DNA of 64,000 nt from Candidatus Latescibacterota bacterium (GCA_965205485.1 OZ242180.1:2976001-3040000); one strand, 5' to 3'; shown: positions 29,319 through 39,721, numbered from the stretch's first letter. Notes: generated by a model not told the origin, from the letters alone. Translations and numbers: made by a program.

Positions 29319-30017
29319 ATGAAGGTGTTCAGGGTTGTCGGCCTGTTGATTCTCGTATTCTCGGTATCGGCATGGCCCGCAGTTGCCCAGGAAGGGAGTT
29401 GGGGGGTCGGCGTGTTTGCGAACTACAACGTGCCGGTCTTCGGTCTGGGCGAGTGGTACGACAACGATTCCAAGTTCGGGCTGAACGCGGCCTACGTGCC
29501 GGCGGAAAACGTTACCGTGGAGCTCGAGTTTCACAGCGGAAACTTCACCGACGGGAGCCTGCTGACCCGGACGTTCATTTGGACCGATGGCGAGGCCCAT
29601 ACCAGCCCGAATGCGTCCAGTAATATGAGCCTGAACAGTCTGCTGGTAAACGCCCTCGTCAGGCTGCGGCAGATCGGACAGCCGTTCACTGCCAGTAGTT
29701 TCGCCCCGTACGTCGCGGTGGGGGGCGGCTTCTACCGGTACAGGAACGAAGTCAGCGGGTTGCTGTGGCCAGGGCAGACTGGAAGCCTCGTCCTCGAACT
29801 GGAGCCGTTCACCGACGAGCGATACGCGCTTGGCGTCAACGCGGGACTGGGTGTCGAGGCATTCGTAATCGACAATGTGGCCGTGGACTTGCGTGCGCGT
29901 TACAACATGATGATAGGGGACCTTCGGGGCCTGGAAGACTGGCAGCTTTCCGAAACCTTCCCCTTGCAGATGCTGGACTTCGGAGCCGGGGTTAAATTCT
30001 ACTTCAGCGGGAAATAG
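29319..30017 (+). CDS. small outer-membrane beta-barrel protein (OmpA/OmpW-like, 8-stranded type)
   Basis: AAGGAGG RBS; signal peptide; PYVAVGGG, GVNAGLGVE, FGAGVKFYF. Confidence 0.85.
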   Translation: MKVFRVVGLLILVFSVSAWPAVAQEGSWGVGVFANYNVPVFGLGEWYDNDSKFGLNAAYVPAENVTVELEFHSGNFTDGSLLTRTFIWTDGEAHTSPNASSNMSLNSLLVNALVRLRQIGQPFTASSFAPYVAVGGGFYRYRNEVSGLLWPGQTGSLVLELEPFTDERYALGVNAGLGVEAFVIDNVAVDLRARYNMMIGDLRGLEDWQLSETFPLQMLDFGAGVKFYFSGK

Positions 30018-30047
30018 CCGCGGAATCTTTTCGGAGGAGGTTTTAAG

Positions 30048-33000
30048 ATGAACAGATGGAAGCTGTTTGTGGTGTTGCCGGTCGCGCTCTTCGTGCTTGT
30101 GGGTTTCACCACGGACGCGTTCGCGGGCCAGACCGGTAAATTGACCGGACGCGTCATGGATGCGGCGTCCGGTGAGCCGCTTCCCGGCGTGAATGTCGTT
30201 ATCGAAGGCACGCGCAGGGGCGCACAGTCTGATGCTGACGGGTACTATCTTGTCATCTCCGTCGACCCGGGCAACATTACGCTGGTGGCGTCGATGGTCG
30301 GCTACAACGCCGTCACGAAGACCGACGTGCGAATCCAGGCCGACTTTACCACGACCGTCGATTTCCAGTTGAAGGAGACGGCGCTCGAAGCCGAGGAGCT
30401 CGTGGTTGTGGCGGAACGGCCGCCGGTGGAGCCCGACAAGACGACGAGTCACTACGTGATGGGCGCCGAGCAACTGGAGGCGCTGCCCATGGCCCGGTCG
30501 GTCACCGACCTGGTGACGTTGAATCCGGGCGTGCAGCTCACCAATGCCAACGTCATCCGCGGTGGGGACTCGAAAGACGGCATCCTGATGGTGGACGGCG
30601 TGGTTCTGCCGAACAACGACGGCTACGGCCGGCAGTTCACGGGACCCTCCAAAACGGCCGTTCAGGAAATCACCGTGATTTCCGGCGGCGCGAGCGCGGA
30701 ATACGGAAACCTGGAATCAGGCGCGGTCTCGATCATCACGAAAGACGGCGGTCGCGACTTCCGCGGCTGGGGCGATTTACGCTACACGCCTCCGAGCCAG
30801 AAGCACTGGGGTTCCAACCTCTATGAGAGCGCGTATCACCGCGACAGGCTCAAGTGGGACGACAGTGAGTGGCGTGCGGAAACCGTAATCCTGAGCGACG
30901 GTGAAGACGGCGTTCCGGGCACGCCCGACGACGAGGTGGGTCTGGCGCACAGGGCCGTGGAATATACTGACATCAAGGGATACTATATCGAGGGCGGCAT
31001 CTCCGGCCCGATGGGCGACCAGGCCAGTTTCTTCGCGAGCGCCCGGTGGACCAGGCAGCCCACCGACGTTTTGAACACCTCCGTCCGCAATGCCACGTTC
31101 GATCCGAGCCTCGGCGCAACCAGCCTGATCAGCGTGATGTCGGGCGGTTTTCCCACACTCGAGACGCCGCTGGATTTCCGCGGCAACGCCAAGTTGACGT
31201 TCCGGCCGGGGGCCGACGCGAAAGTGAGCATCGGGCAGATCTATTCCACGGCGGAATATTACAACAGGGGAACGAACACCCAACGCGACAGGGCGTCCAA
31301 CGGTCAGAATATCTTTCTGCCGGAGGGGTCCGGGGCCGGCGGACGGAAAGTGACTGATCGGGTCACCTATGCGTCGCTGACCCACACCGTATCCCCGAAG
31401 ACGTTCTACGAAGCCAGGGTGTCGTTCTACACGACGCTGGAAGATACGCAGGAAACCAACTGGCCGAGGGACAGCTTCGGTTTCCCCACAACGGTATTCG
31501 GCGAGAAGGACCTCGACGGCTGGTTCAATGTGAGACCCGCCAATGTCGCGAATTACACCATCGCCGACCGGAGCCGGCTGAATCTGAAGCTGGACGTATC
31601 TTCTCAGGTAACCAAGGGACACTTCGTCAAGGGCGGGATGGATCTCACGCGGTTCAGCATTTATTACCTGAACTACAATTCGCCGAACCCGAGCCAGAGG
31701 ATCGTGGACTTCATCACGCACTCCGGCAATCTGCCCGACGTGAAAGCTCCCATCAACCCCATCCAGATCGGGTTCTATCTGCAGGACAAGATGGAGTTCG
31801 AGGGGATGGTGATGAACGCGGGCATCCGGTTCGACGCGCTTTACACCAACCATCGGTTCTACAACGTATCGCAGCTTCAGACGCCGCAGAACCGCTGGCT
31901 GATCAAGCACGTGGATATGGTCACGGTCGACCCGCAGTGGGCGACACAGTTCAGCCCGCGCTTCGGGATCTCGCATCCCATCACGCAGCGGTCGGCCTTC
32001 CACTTCACGGCCGGTCTTTACGCCAAAGTGCCCGACCTGTTCGAGTACTTCCGCGAGCAGTGGCGGGCCAACGGCCCCGACGCCCACGTGGCGTGGGACG
32101 CGTTCCGGGGTCTGCACGGCCAGGTCCGCATGGCCAACCCCTACGTTGCCCTCACGCGTACCCGGGCATACGAGGCGGGCGCCGACTGGAACTTCGTGGC
32201 AGACTATACGGCGGGAATAGCGGCCTACTACAAGAGCGCCATCGGCAAGATTTCCTCAGGGAGCCGGTACTGGTACGAGCCGCAGCGCACGACCTGGGTC
32301 TGGGGCCGCAAGCCCAGTTCCTACCAGGATATGAGAGGGCTTGAGCTGCACGTGCGCAAGGGCTTCAGCCACTATTTCTCGTTCAACGCGGCCATCAACT
32401 TCGGCTGGGCGTCTACGGCGCGCGTGGGATCCAATGCCACCATGTTCTATCCGGATTCCTCGTACGTGATGAACCCCGATCAGTATCACGATTGGGAATG
32501 GAACGGTTCGGCCTACGTACGCAAGGATTTCTCGCTCGAAGAGCGGATGAAGCTTGCGACGAGGGTGGCCAGTTGGTGGCGAGGCAGGGCCAGAGGCATC
32601 ACCCAAAGCTATCAGTTCGTAATCTTCGAATTCATGGACATCCAGAAGGCCTACGACGCGCCGGCCAACATGAACGGCGTGTGGCAGCCGACGTACGGCG
32701 GCGGCCGGCTGTTCAATCCGAAGGGGTCCGACCTGCGCGTCCAGTCCAGCCTCTCGCTGTACGTGGACACGCCCATGGACTTCGGTCCCGGGCTGCGTCA
32801 GTTCCACGCGGTGGGCGGCCTGCGCACCAATCTGGTCTGGCGCATCCAGAGCGGCAGGCCCCAGTGGTACACGCCACCGGGCAAGCAGCCGGAGTTGCGC
32901 CACAGGCCCATCCGCACGTGGACCGACCTGCAGGTTGAGAAGACGCTCGTGGAGGGCGGGCACCGGAATGCCGTCTTCTATGTGGAGATCTTCAACCTGT

Positions 33001-33173
33001 TCAACCAGCAGGACAGCCCCGTCGGCGGCTCCTATCCCGACTACGTCCGCTGGGGTCTGAACGTCCCCAGGCCGAACGACCAGGACTACCTTACGTACGG
33101 CGATTACAACGAACTGACCCGGTACTACGGGAAGCCGCGTGAGGTGGGCGTGGGACTCAAAGTCAACTTCTAA
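30048..33173 (+). CDS. TonB-dependent receptor with N-terminal carboxypeptidase-regulatory-like domain
   Basis: GKLTGRVMDAASGEPLPGVNV; plug IRGG..VDGV and GGASAEYGN; YLQDKME, FSPRFGISHP; C-terminal PREVGVGLKVNF. Confidence 0.93.
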   Translation: MNRWKLFVVLPVALFVLVGFTTDAFAGQTGKLTGRVMDAASGEPLPGVNVVIEGTRRGAQSDADGYYLVISVDPGNITLVASMVGYNAVTKTDVRIQADFTTTVDFQLKETALEAEELVVVAERPPVEPDKTTSHYVMGAEQLEALPMARSVTDLVTLNPGVQLTNANVIRGGDSKDGILMVDGVVLPNNDGYGRQFTGPSKTAVQEITVISGGASAEYGNLESGAVSIITKDGGRDFRGWGDLRYTPPSQKHWGSNLYESAYHRDRLKWDDSEWRAETVILSDGEDGVPGTPDDEVGLAHRAVEYTDIKGYYIEGGISGPMGDQASFFASARWTRQPTDVLNTSVRNATFDPSLGATSLISVMSGGFPTLETPLDFRGNAKLTFRPGADAKVSIGQIYSTAEYYNRGTNTQRDRASNGQNIFLPEGSGAGGRKVTDRVTYASLTHTVSPKTFYEARVSFYTTLEDTQETNWPRDSFGFPTTVFGEKDLDGWFNVRPANVANYTIADRSRLNLKLDVSSQVTKGHFVKGGMDLTRFSIYYLNYNSPNPSQRIVDFITHSGNLPDVKAPINPIQIGFYLQDKMEFEGMVMNAGIRFDALYTNHRFYNVSQLQTPQNRWLIKHVDMVTVDPQWATQFSPRFGISHPITQRSAFHFTAGLYAKVPDLFEYFREQWRANGPDAHVAWDAFRGLHGQVRMANPYVALTRTRAYEAGADWNFVADYTAGIAAYYKSAIGKISSGSRYWYEPQRTTWVWGRKPSSYQDMRGLELHVRKGFSHYFSFNAAINFGWASTARVGSNATMFYPDSSYVMNPDQYHDWEWNGSAYVRKDFSLEERMKLATRVASWWRGRARGITQSYQFVIFEFMDIQKAYDAPANMNGVWQPTYGGGRLFNPKGSDLRVQSSLSLYVDTPMDFGPGLRQFHAVGGLRTNLVWRIQSGRPQWYTPPGKQPELRHRPIRTWTDLQVEKTLVEGGHRNAVFYVEIFNLFNQQDSPVGGSYPDYVRWGLNVPRPNDQDYLTYGDYNELTRYYGKPREVGVGLKVNF

Positions 33174-33187
33174 TCGTGTTCAACGTT

Positions 33188-33217
33188 ACCGGGGTCGGGT
33201 TTTCCCCCGTCCCCGGT
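33188..33217 (+). terminator. intergenic hairpin (partial terminator or mRNA stabiliser)
   Basis: ACCGGGG-T-CGGG ... CCCG-T-CCCCGGT with a weak U tract. Confidence 0.5.
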
Positions 33218-33240
33218 CTTAACGAAAGGGAGAAGCAAGT

Positions 33241-35628
33241 ATGAAACCAGGCATCAAGCTTATGGCGCTTGTTTGCGGCTTGCTCCTGCCAGTGGGCGCC
33301 TGGGCGGTTGACCAGAGCGACACGCCGAGGCTTTCCACAAGCCGGGGTCACCTCCAGATCAGCTGGAACTCGGACGGTACCATGGGCGGCTGGAATCTGG
33401 GAAGCGGGCAGACGGGAGAGCCGGATATGTTCTGGTATCCCGGCTGGGCAAACATCCCCAGCAGCAACGCCAGTTCCAACTATACCCGCCGGGGCGGCAA
33501 CGCGGTCGGATTCGGTACCTGGATCATGGTCGTGGGGCCCGGCGGCGTGGATGCGGCCTGGACCGGCCCCCGGGGCAAGAGCGTCGATATCACGCCGCTG
33601 GTCTATGATCCATCCAGCGGGCCCGAGGCGCACCTCGGCGCGGCCACGGAGTGGGAGCAGGGACGTTCCGGGTCGTTCTCGCCGGCGAGCAACTACTGGC
33701 CGGGCGCGAACGTGCCCGACGAGAATGACGTGAGCGCGCCGCCCAGACTCATCCGCAACTACACTCCGGGAGAATACACGCCGGACGACGCGTTTGCGGA
33801 AGAGATTCTGGTCGCCAAGTGGACCAACAAGTTCGACATCACGATTACGCGTAAAGTCCACAACTGGTCCCATCAGATGTTCGACGATTTCGTCATTGCG
33901 GAGTTCACTCTGGAAAACACCGGCAGCGACCGGCACAACGAAGTGTACCTGCCGCTGGTGGCCACCTGGAAGATCAACGAAACGTCCGACAACAACCAGG
34001 GCGGGGGCCGGTGGTGGCGCTGGCTGGACGACGGTCTCGACGATCACTTCCGCTACACGGAAGCCGGGAACTACGTTGACGGCGGCCCCGGCGGTCCGGT
34101 TGCCATCAGTGCGGCCAGGGCGCAGGGGCTCAAGCTGAGCTACCAGTTCGACGGCGACAGCCCGTTCAAGGCCTGGGAGGATACAGGCGACCCCTGGATC
34201 AAGGACATCGAAACCTCCGACCTGAAGGAGATGGCCTTCCCCGACGGCAAGCTGTCCGCCCATTCATTCGTGGGCATGGCGCCGGTAGCGTTCGCCGACA
34301 GCCCCGAGGACCCGAGACACGCGTTCAACATGCACGACGCGGGTCAGTACGTGCAGCCCGCGGGAGACCAGCCGGTCTACCAGGGCTGGTGGAACGTGCG
34401 CACGACGTCAGACTACGACGAGCCCGTCCTTGAAGGAGAGACCCCTGCCGAGGCGTTTGCGAAGCTGACCGCGACGTCCGCACAGGACAACCCCACCGAG
34501 GTGGGCGGTTTCACGAACGCACAGGTGTACGGCCCGTGGGCGCTTGGTCCGGGCGACAAGGCCAAGGTCGTGGTGGCGTTCGTGGCCGGCTCCGGCGCCG
34601 AGTATGCCGGCCCCGGCAAGAGCCCCATAGACATCTGGCAGTGGTCGCTCACCGCCGACAAGGCCAGTTTCCTGTCGGGCGAGCAGGCGATCGTAGAACA
34701 CCTGGAACACGCGTTATTCGCCTATCAGAGCGGCTTTGACATTCCGGATGGCCCACCTGACGTCGACGTCTACGTGAAGAGCGACGAGAACGCCAAGGTG
34801 AAGCTGTTCTGGGCCGCCGAGGCCCAGGGCGCGGTTCATCCCGACTTCAGCGCTGCCGACGTGGCCGGCTTCCGCATCTACCGCGGGCTGCGTGGAACGC
34901 TCACAGCCACCGGCCCGTTCTCGCTGGTCGGCGACATTCCCGTGGGCGGGCCGTTGCCAGCGGGTGTCACGTACGATGCGGGCGCCGACTGGCCCGTTGC
35001 CGCCGCGGAGGGCAATGAAAGCCAGGCGGTTGGGCTGGCGAACCAGGCCAGCGACGGCCGGCGCGCCGCCCGTCCCGGTATGTACGGATGGTCCGATGCG
35101 AGTTCCAATGCCGGATTCTTCTATTACTACAGCATCCGGGCCTACCAGAAACCCCATGACGACTGGGTGAACAACGACGGCACGATGACCTTCGCGGACC
35201 TCCCGCCCAGGGCGCAGAAGTTCCTGCAAAACGGGCAGGAGGGACCGTTCTCCAACTTCCTGCAGGTCAATCGCGGGTCGCCCGTGCTGCCGTTCGTGGC
35301 GGCCGCGGACGCGCTGGAACGCGATATCGTGGTGGTTCCGAACCCCTACATGGCCAACGGAACCAACGAGTACGGCGGCGGGCTTTCAATCCGGTTCGTG
35401 AACGTGCCGTCCAACTCGTTCATCTATATCTTCAACACTGCCGGCCAGCTGATCCAGGTCCTGCGTCAGAAGAACAATGCTTCCAGCGAGACGCGATGGA
35501 CCGGCCGTCCGTATTCCACCATCCGGGCGCTTGTGGGTCCGGGAATCTATTTCTATGCCGTGCACGGCGTTGAAGGTTCGGCAGGCGCCGGAAAGATCAA
35601 GACCGGCACGTTTGTCGTGATCCGATAA
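33241..35628 (+). CDS. secreted protein with FN3-like module and T9SS/FlgD-Ig-like C-terminal sorting domain
   Basis: Signal peptide; VKLFW..GFRIYR..YYYSIRAY; VVVPNPY..IRFVNVP..IFNTAGQLI..GPGIYFY..KTGTFVVIR. Confidence 0.8.
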   Translation: MKPGIKLMALVCGLLLPVGAWAVDQSDTPRLSTSRGHLQISWNSDGTMGGWNLGSGQTGEPDMFWYPGWANIPSSNASSNYTRRGGNAVGFGTWIMVVGPGGVDAAWTGPRGKSVDITPLVYDPSSGPEAHLGAATEWEQGRSGSFSPASNYWPGANVPDENDVSAPPRLIRNYTPGEYTPDDAFAEEILVAKWTNKFDITITRKVHNWSHQMFDDFVIAEFTLENTGSDRHNEVYLPLVATWKINETSDNNQGGGRWWRWLDDGLDDHFRYTEAGNYVDGGPGGPVAISAARAQGLKLSYQFDGDSPFKAWEDTGDPWIKDIETSDLKEMAFPDGKLSAHSFVGMAPVAFADSPEDPRHAFNMHDAGQYVQPAGDQPVYQGWWNVRTTSDYDEPVLEGETPAEAFAKLTATSAQDNPTEVGGFTNAQVYGPWALGPGDKAKVVVAFVAGSGAEYAGPGKSPIDIWQWSLTADKASFLSGEQAIVEHLEHALFAYQSGFDIPDGPPDVDVYVKSDENAKVKLFWAAEAQGAVHPDFSAADVAGFRIYRGLRGTLTATGPFSLVGDIPVGGPLPAGVTYDAGADWPVAAAEGNESQAVGLANQASDGRRAARPGMYGWSDASSNAGFFYYYSIRAYQKPHDDWVNNDGTMTFADLPPRAQKFLQNGQEGPFSNFLQVNRGSPVLPFVAAADALERDIVVVPNPYMANGTNEYGGGLSIRFVNVPSNSFIYIFNTAGQLIQVLRQKNNASSETRWTGRPYSTIRALVGPGIYFYAVHGVEGSAGAGKIKTGTFVVIR

Positions 35629-35659
35629 CGAACCTCGCGACGTTTTAAGGAGAACTGCT

Positions 35660-36703
35660 ATGAAAAAAGGATGGCTCATCTTGGGATTGGCCCTCGTGAC
35701 CGTCGCTCTCCTGTCCGTGAAGCCGGGGTGGGCGGTTGAGCAGCCGGCGCCGGGGACCGGGTCGCGCGACGGGGCGTTGATCGATCCGAAGATGGAGAAC
35801 GTTGACAAGGCATGGGGCCTCTGGGTCGAGCGCGTGGGACTCTCCGAGTTCCCGTTTCTGAAAATCGGCCAGGGCGCCCGCGCCGAGGCAATGGGCGGGG
35901 CTTACACCGCAATTGCCGACGATATCACCTCCGCATTCTGGAATGCCGCGGGTCTCGGGCACATCGAGAACGTAGGCTATACGCTGAACTACACCCGTTG
36001 GCTGTCCAACTCCTCACTGGTTTCCGGTGCGCTGGCGTTCAACGCAGGGTTCGGTACCATCGGGTTTACGGTTACCAGCTTTCAGACGGAGGAGATGGAA
36101 GTCACCACGCCTACGGCCCCATGGGGTACGGGTACCATGTTCAGGGGCAGCGATATCGCCCTCGGCGCCGTTTTCGCCAAGAAGATGACCGACAAATTCA
36201 TGCTGGGCGGCCAGATTCGCTGGATCCAGGAAGATCTTCACCTCGAGAAGGTCTCTACTCTGGACTACAGTATCGGCACCCATTTCTATACCGGGTACCG
36301 CAGCAGCAGGATCGCCATGAGCTTCCGGAACCTGGGTCCGAACGTCAAGGTGACGGAAGGCGGTTTCACGGCGGTGATGCCCACCACGTACTCCCTTGGC
36401 GGCGCAATGGAGATTTTCGGTCAGAAGGGCGATCCCGGGTACTTCACGCTCTCACTGGAACACGAGTTCGTGACGGACTTCCGGCCGATTACCCGCATGG
36501 GCGGAGAACTCTGGCTCGAGAATACGCTGGCGCTGCGTGCGGGTTACCGTACACATACGGCTCTTGAGAGCTGGAGCGTCGGCGCCGGTCTGAAGCACGA
36601 ACTGCCGGGCGGTCAGTTGATCACGGTGGATCTCTCCTACCACAACGCGGACCTGGGCATCTTCGATCCCCCGTTGCGTCTGTCCGTGGGCGGGACGTTC
36701 TAG
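35660..36703 (+). CDS. PorV/PorQ (UPF0164)-like outer-membrane beta-barrel
   Basis: FLKIGQGARAEAMGGAYTAIADDITSAFWNAAGL; ALRAGY; C-terminal F. Confidence 0.9.
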   Translation: MKKGWLILGLALVTVALLSVKPGWAVEQPAPGTGSRDGALIDPKMENVDKAWGLWVERVGLSEFPFLKIGQGARAEAMGGAYTAIADDITSAFWNAAGLGHIENVGYTLNYTRWLSNSSLVSGALAFNAGFGTIGFTVTSFQTEEMEVTTPTAPWGTGTMFRGSDIALGAVFAKKMTDKFMLGGQIRWIQEDLHLEKVSTLDYSIGTHFYTGYRSSRIAMSFRNLGPNVKVTEGGFTAVMPTTYSLGGAMEIFGQKGDPGYFTLSLEHEFVTDFRPITRMGGELWLENTLALRAGYRTHTALESWSVGAGLKHELPGGQLITVDLSYHNADLGIFDPPLRLSVGGTF

Positions 36704-36720
36704 GGACGCGATGCGCGGTT

Positions 36721-36763
36721 ATATTAAAGGAGGACGGTCCGCCGGATCGTCCTCCTTTAATAT
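36721..36763. terminator. strong hairpin terminator
   Basis: ATATTAAAGGAGGACGGTCC-GCC-GGATCGTCCTCCTTTAATAT, about 20-bp stem. Confidence 0.8.
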
Positions 36764-36769
36764 GAGAAG

Positions 36770-37040
36770 CAGGAAAAAGCAAAAGGAAGAAGCAGAAAGG
36801 AAGAAGGAAGAAGGAAAAGCCCAAAAGCGGGTAAACGGGAGAGGGTAGAGAACCAAACGACACCCCACCACCTGGTGAGACGTAAGCCGGGAGAGGGTAG
36901 AGTTCGCATGCCGTGTAAGGTTTCCTGTCGGGCCGCAAGCGAGCCGGAGGAACAAATTGGCAAGGGCTTCTTCTACCGTCTCACCTCTACCGTCTCCCCT
37001 TATTCATTCGACCGTCTTGCGTCTCCCGTCTCCCCGCCTC
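36770..37040. repeat. heptamer tandem tract plus repeat family C, copy 2
   Basis: (GAAGAAG)-type 7-mers at about 36772-36830; core 36899-36981; CCGTCTC-type 7-mers to 37040. Confidence 0.7.
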
Positions 37041-37178
37041 TGTGATTTTCTGCAACCAATTCCATCTGTGGGCATTCAAATATTATTGGCAGCAGACGGA
37101 TAGTTTCAACGGCGGCGCTTCCGAATTCAGTTGCGCGGTCCGACGCGTTTGCGCAAACCCGAAACGAGGACGAGTACG

Positions 37179-39578
37179 ATGTTCCGGATCTTACCGCGGA
37201 CGATGGTTCCCTGGCTTGCCGGATTGGCCCTTTTCCTGGCGGGAGGTCGGGCCGATGGAGCCGACGAATCGCCGACTCAAGCCGCGTCTGACACGACCAC
37301 CGTCTCAGCACCCGACCGGGAAGTGCAGCGGGCCGTGCGTGCGTACTGGCCTCAAATGATCGCGGATCCGGCCGGCCGGAATACCCGGATCGGCTACGCC
37401 CGTCTGCTGAAGACGGACCTGGCGGGCGCAAGAGAGGCGTTTCAGTCGGCGCTGTCGCAAAACGACGGGTTTGCGCCGGCCCACTTCGGGATGGCGCTGG
37501 CGTCCTATCGGTCGGGGACGGCGGACGGAGAAAAGGGGAGGTATTCCGAGCAGACAATCTACCATGCCACTCGGGCGGCCGCGCTTTCACCCGGATTCGA
37601 ACTCGTCGATCGGCTCCTGGGACAGTTGTATTTCGACATCGAGGACTACGAAAATTCCGTCGATGCTCACGTGCGTTCTCTATCGGTGGATCGAACGCGG
37701 GACCTGAGCGTACTTCAGGACGTGGTCACGGCCTTTGTCCGGACGGGGGTCTTTGAGGATCTACCCTCACGGGCGCTGGATTCATTGGAAGTAACGACGG
37801 ACGAAGGGCTGCTGTTGCCCGTCGTGGCGCAGGCTTGCGCAAGCCGGGAAGCTCTGGACCTGGCAATGCAATACTATGGTCGCGGTTTTTCCCGTATGCC
37901 GCCCGAGGAACGCCTGTTTTACCAGGATGTGACCCTGATTGCGTCCAGGGAGGAGCTTCTCGCGTACCGGGCGACTGAGGACGATCCCGCGGCGCGACGG
38001 GAATTCCTCGTAAGGTTCTGGTCGGTGAGAGACCCGGATCTGATGACTGCCGTGAACGAGCGCAAGCTGGAGCACTATCGGCGCGTGTGGCATTCGCGAG
38101 CGGCTTTTTCCGAACAGGCGAATCCTTGGGACCGGCGGGGCGAGGTCTATATCCGGTACGGCGCGCCGGATTACCGGTCTACTTCCGGCTCGGTGGCGCC
38201 ACCCTTGCCCGTTTCCGTAGAGAGAATCAAGGAGCGTGTCGCCCACGATATCTACGGGCCGCATGGGATGATCGAGGTCGGCCGGGGGCCGGTGTTTCCG
38301 GTTCGCAGGATGCACGAGGTGGGTCTGGATTTCCCCGCTGAACTGCCCCCGGGTACCGATCAGGGCGAGACTCCCGACGCGCTGGAGATAGAGGGTGCGC
38401 CCGCCCTGGCCGATGAGCCCATGGCGCCTGCCGACATGTCGGAGCTGGATGGAGACAATTACGAGGTGACCCTCTCCCCGAATCGCACGCAGGTGACGGG
38501 TGGGGACTTTATGTCCTATATAAAGTGGGAGTCCTGGGTATATACCGGCGTTGCCGGTGGGATCGAGGTGGTATTTACCAACGAGTGGGGTGGCGGGAGG
38601 TTCGACTTCGCGCCGGTACCCGCCGCTGAATTCGACGAGGGTGCGTTGCGGCGGACCAGCCGGATGGTGAAATTTTCGCCTGCGATGGTGATGAACCGCA
38701 GTATCCGGCAGATGCCGGAGCACTATCTGCCCGGCGGCCGGGAAGCATTCCTGGACTTTTACTACGATCGGGCGACGTTTCGAGGATCCAATGGTAAGAC
38801 GCGGGTGGAGGTCTATTACGGGATTCCGCCGCGAAGCCTGAGCGAGTCCGAATCCCGTGAGCAGCCGGTGTTTCGATTGGGGTGTGCGGTGGCGCTGTAC
38901 GAAGCGGAATCCGGGCAGACGCTGCAGGAAAGCGAAGAGCTGGTATTGCGCACTTCGAAGGAGCTCTATACCGGGAAGGGGACCTTCATTCCAAATCAAC
39001 TCGCTCTGGACGTGAGCCCGGGCGCCTACGAAATGCGCGTACAGGTCAAGGACCTTGTTTCCGGCCATTCGGGGATCTACAAGGAACGACTCGAGGTTGA
39101 GGATTATTCCCTGGATACGTTGAAGCTGAGCGGTCTGGAATTGGGATTTCAGGTTTCCACGGAGGGAGGTCTGGAGAAATACGACAAGGGGGGCGGCATC
39201 TGGGTGATCCCGATGACCACCAAAACCTATCGGATGAACCAGCATCCGTTTGTCTATTACGAAGCCTATGGCCTGAAACCGGATACATTCGGCCAGAGCC
39301 GGTTTACGTTGCACTATACGATCCATTCGATGCCGGAGAAGGGCGGCGCGTTCGGACGGCTCTGGGCGGGGGTCGGCGGCCTTTTCCGCAGGGGCGAACG
39401 AAACCCCGAGGTTTCGGTATCCACGGAGCAGGTCCGGGAGGAAACGGATCTGCAGGAATATTTCGAGATGGACCTGGGGAGCGCCAAGTCCGGCGTGAAC
39501 CGGCTGACGGTCCGCATTGAGGATCAGAACGGCAATGCGGTAGCCGAGAAGGAGGTGCTGTTCAAATTGGAGCGGTAG
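37179..39578 (+). CDS. exported TPR + GWxTD-domain protein
   Basis: FWSVRDPD..VNERKLEHYRRV..WDRRGEVYIRYGAPD..WESWVY; C-terminal Ig-like domains. Confidence 0.85.
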   Translation: MFRILPRTMVPWLAGLALFLAGGRADGADESPTQAASDTTTVSAPDREVQRAVRAYWPQMIADPAGRNTRIGYARLLKTDLAGAREAFQSALSQNDGFAPAHFGMALASYRSGTADGEKGRYSEQTIYHATRAAALSPGFELVDRLLGQLYFDIEDYENSVDAHVRSLSVDRTRDLSVLQDVVTAFVRTGVFEDLPSRALDSLEVTTDEGLLLPVVAQACASREALDLAMQYYGRGFSRMPPEERLFYQDVTLIASREELLAYRATEDDPAARREFLVRFWSVRDPDLMTAVNERKLEHYRRVWHSRAAFSEQANPWDRRGEVYIRYGAPDYRSTSGSVAPPLPVSVERIKERVAHDIYGPHGMIEVGRGPVFPVRRMHEVGLDFPAELPPGTDQGETPDALEIEGAPALADEPMAPADMSELDGDNYEVTLSPNRTQVTGGDFMSYIKWESWVYTGVAGGIEVVFTNEWGGGRFDFAPVPAAEFDEGALRRTSRMVKFSPAMVMNRSIRQMPEHYLPGGREAFLDFYYDRATFRGSNGKTRVEVYYGIPPRSLSESESREQPVFRLGCAVALYEAESGQTLQESEELVLRTSKELYTGKGTFIPNQLALDVSPGAYEMRVQVKDLVSGHSGIYKERLEVEDYSLDTLKLSGLELGFQVSTEGGLEKYDKGGGIWVIPMTTKTYRMNQHPFVYYEAYGLKPDTFGQSRFTLHYTIHSMPEKGGAFGRLWAGVGGLFRRGERNPEVSVSTEQVREETDLQEYFEMDLGSAKSGVNRLTVRIEDQNGNAVAEKEVLFKLER

Positions 39579-39721
39579 GTGCGTGGAGTCGGGTCGGAAC
39601 GGTGGCGGATCGGGAGGCGTGTCATCAAGAAATCCAGGGGTCGAACGTCAGGATGATGGAAGCAGTTTTCCTTCCGGATTCCGATGGTCGGCTTCTGGAT
39701 TCTTCTTTTGTTGGAGGCGAA

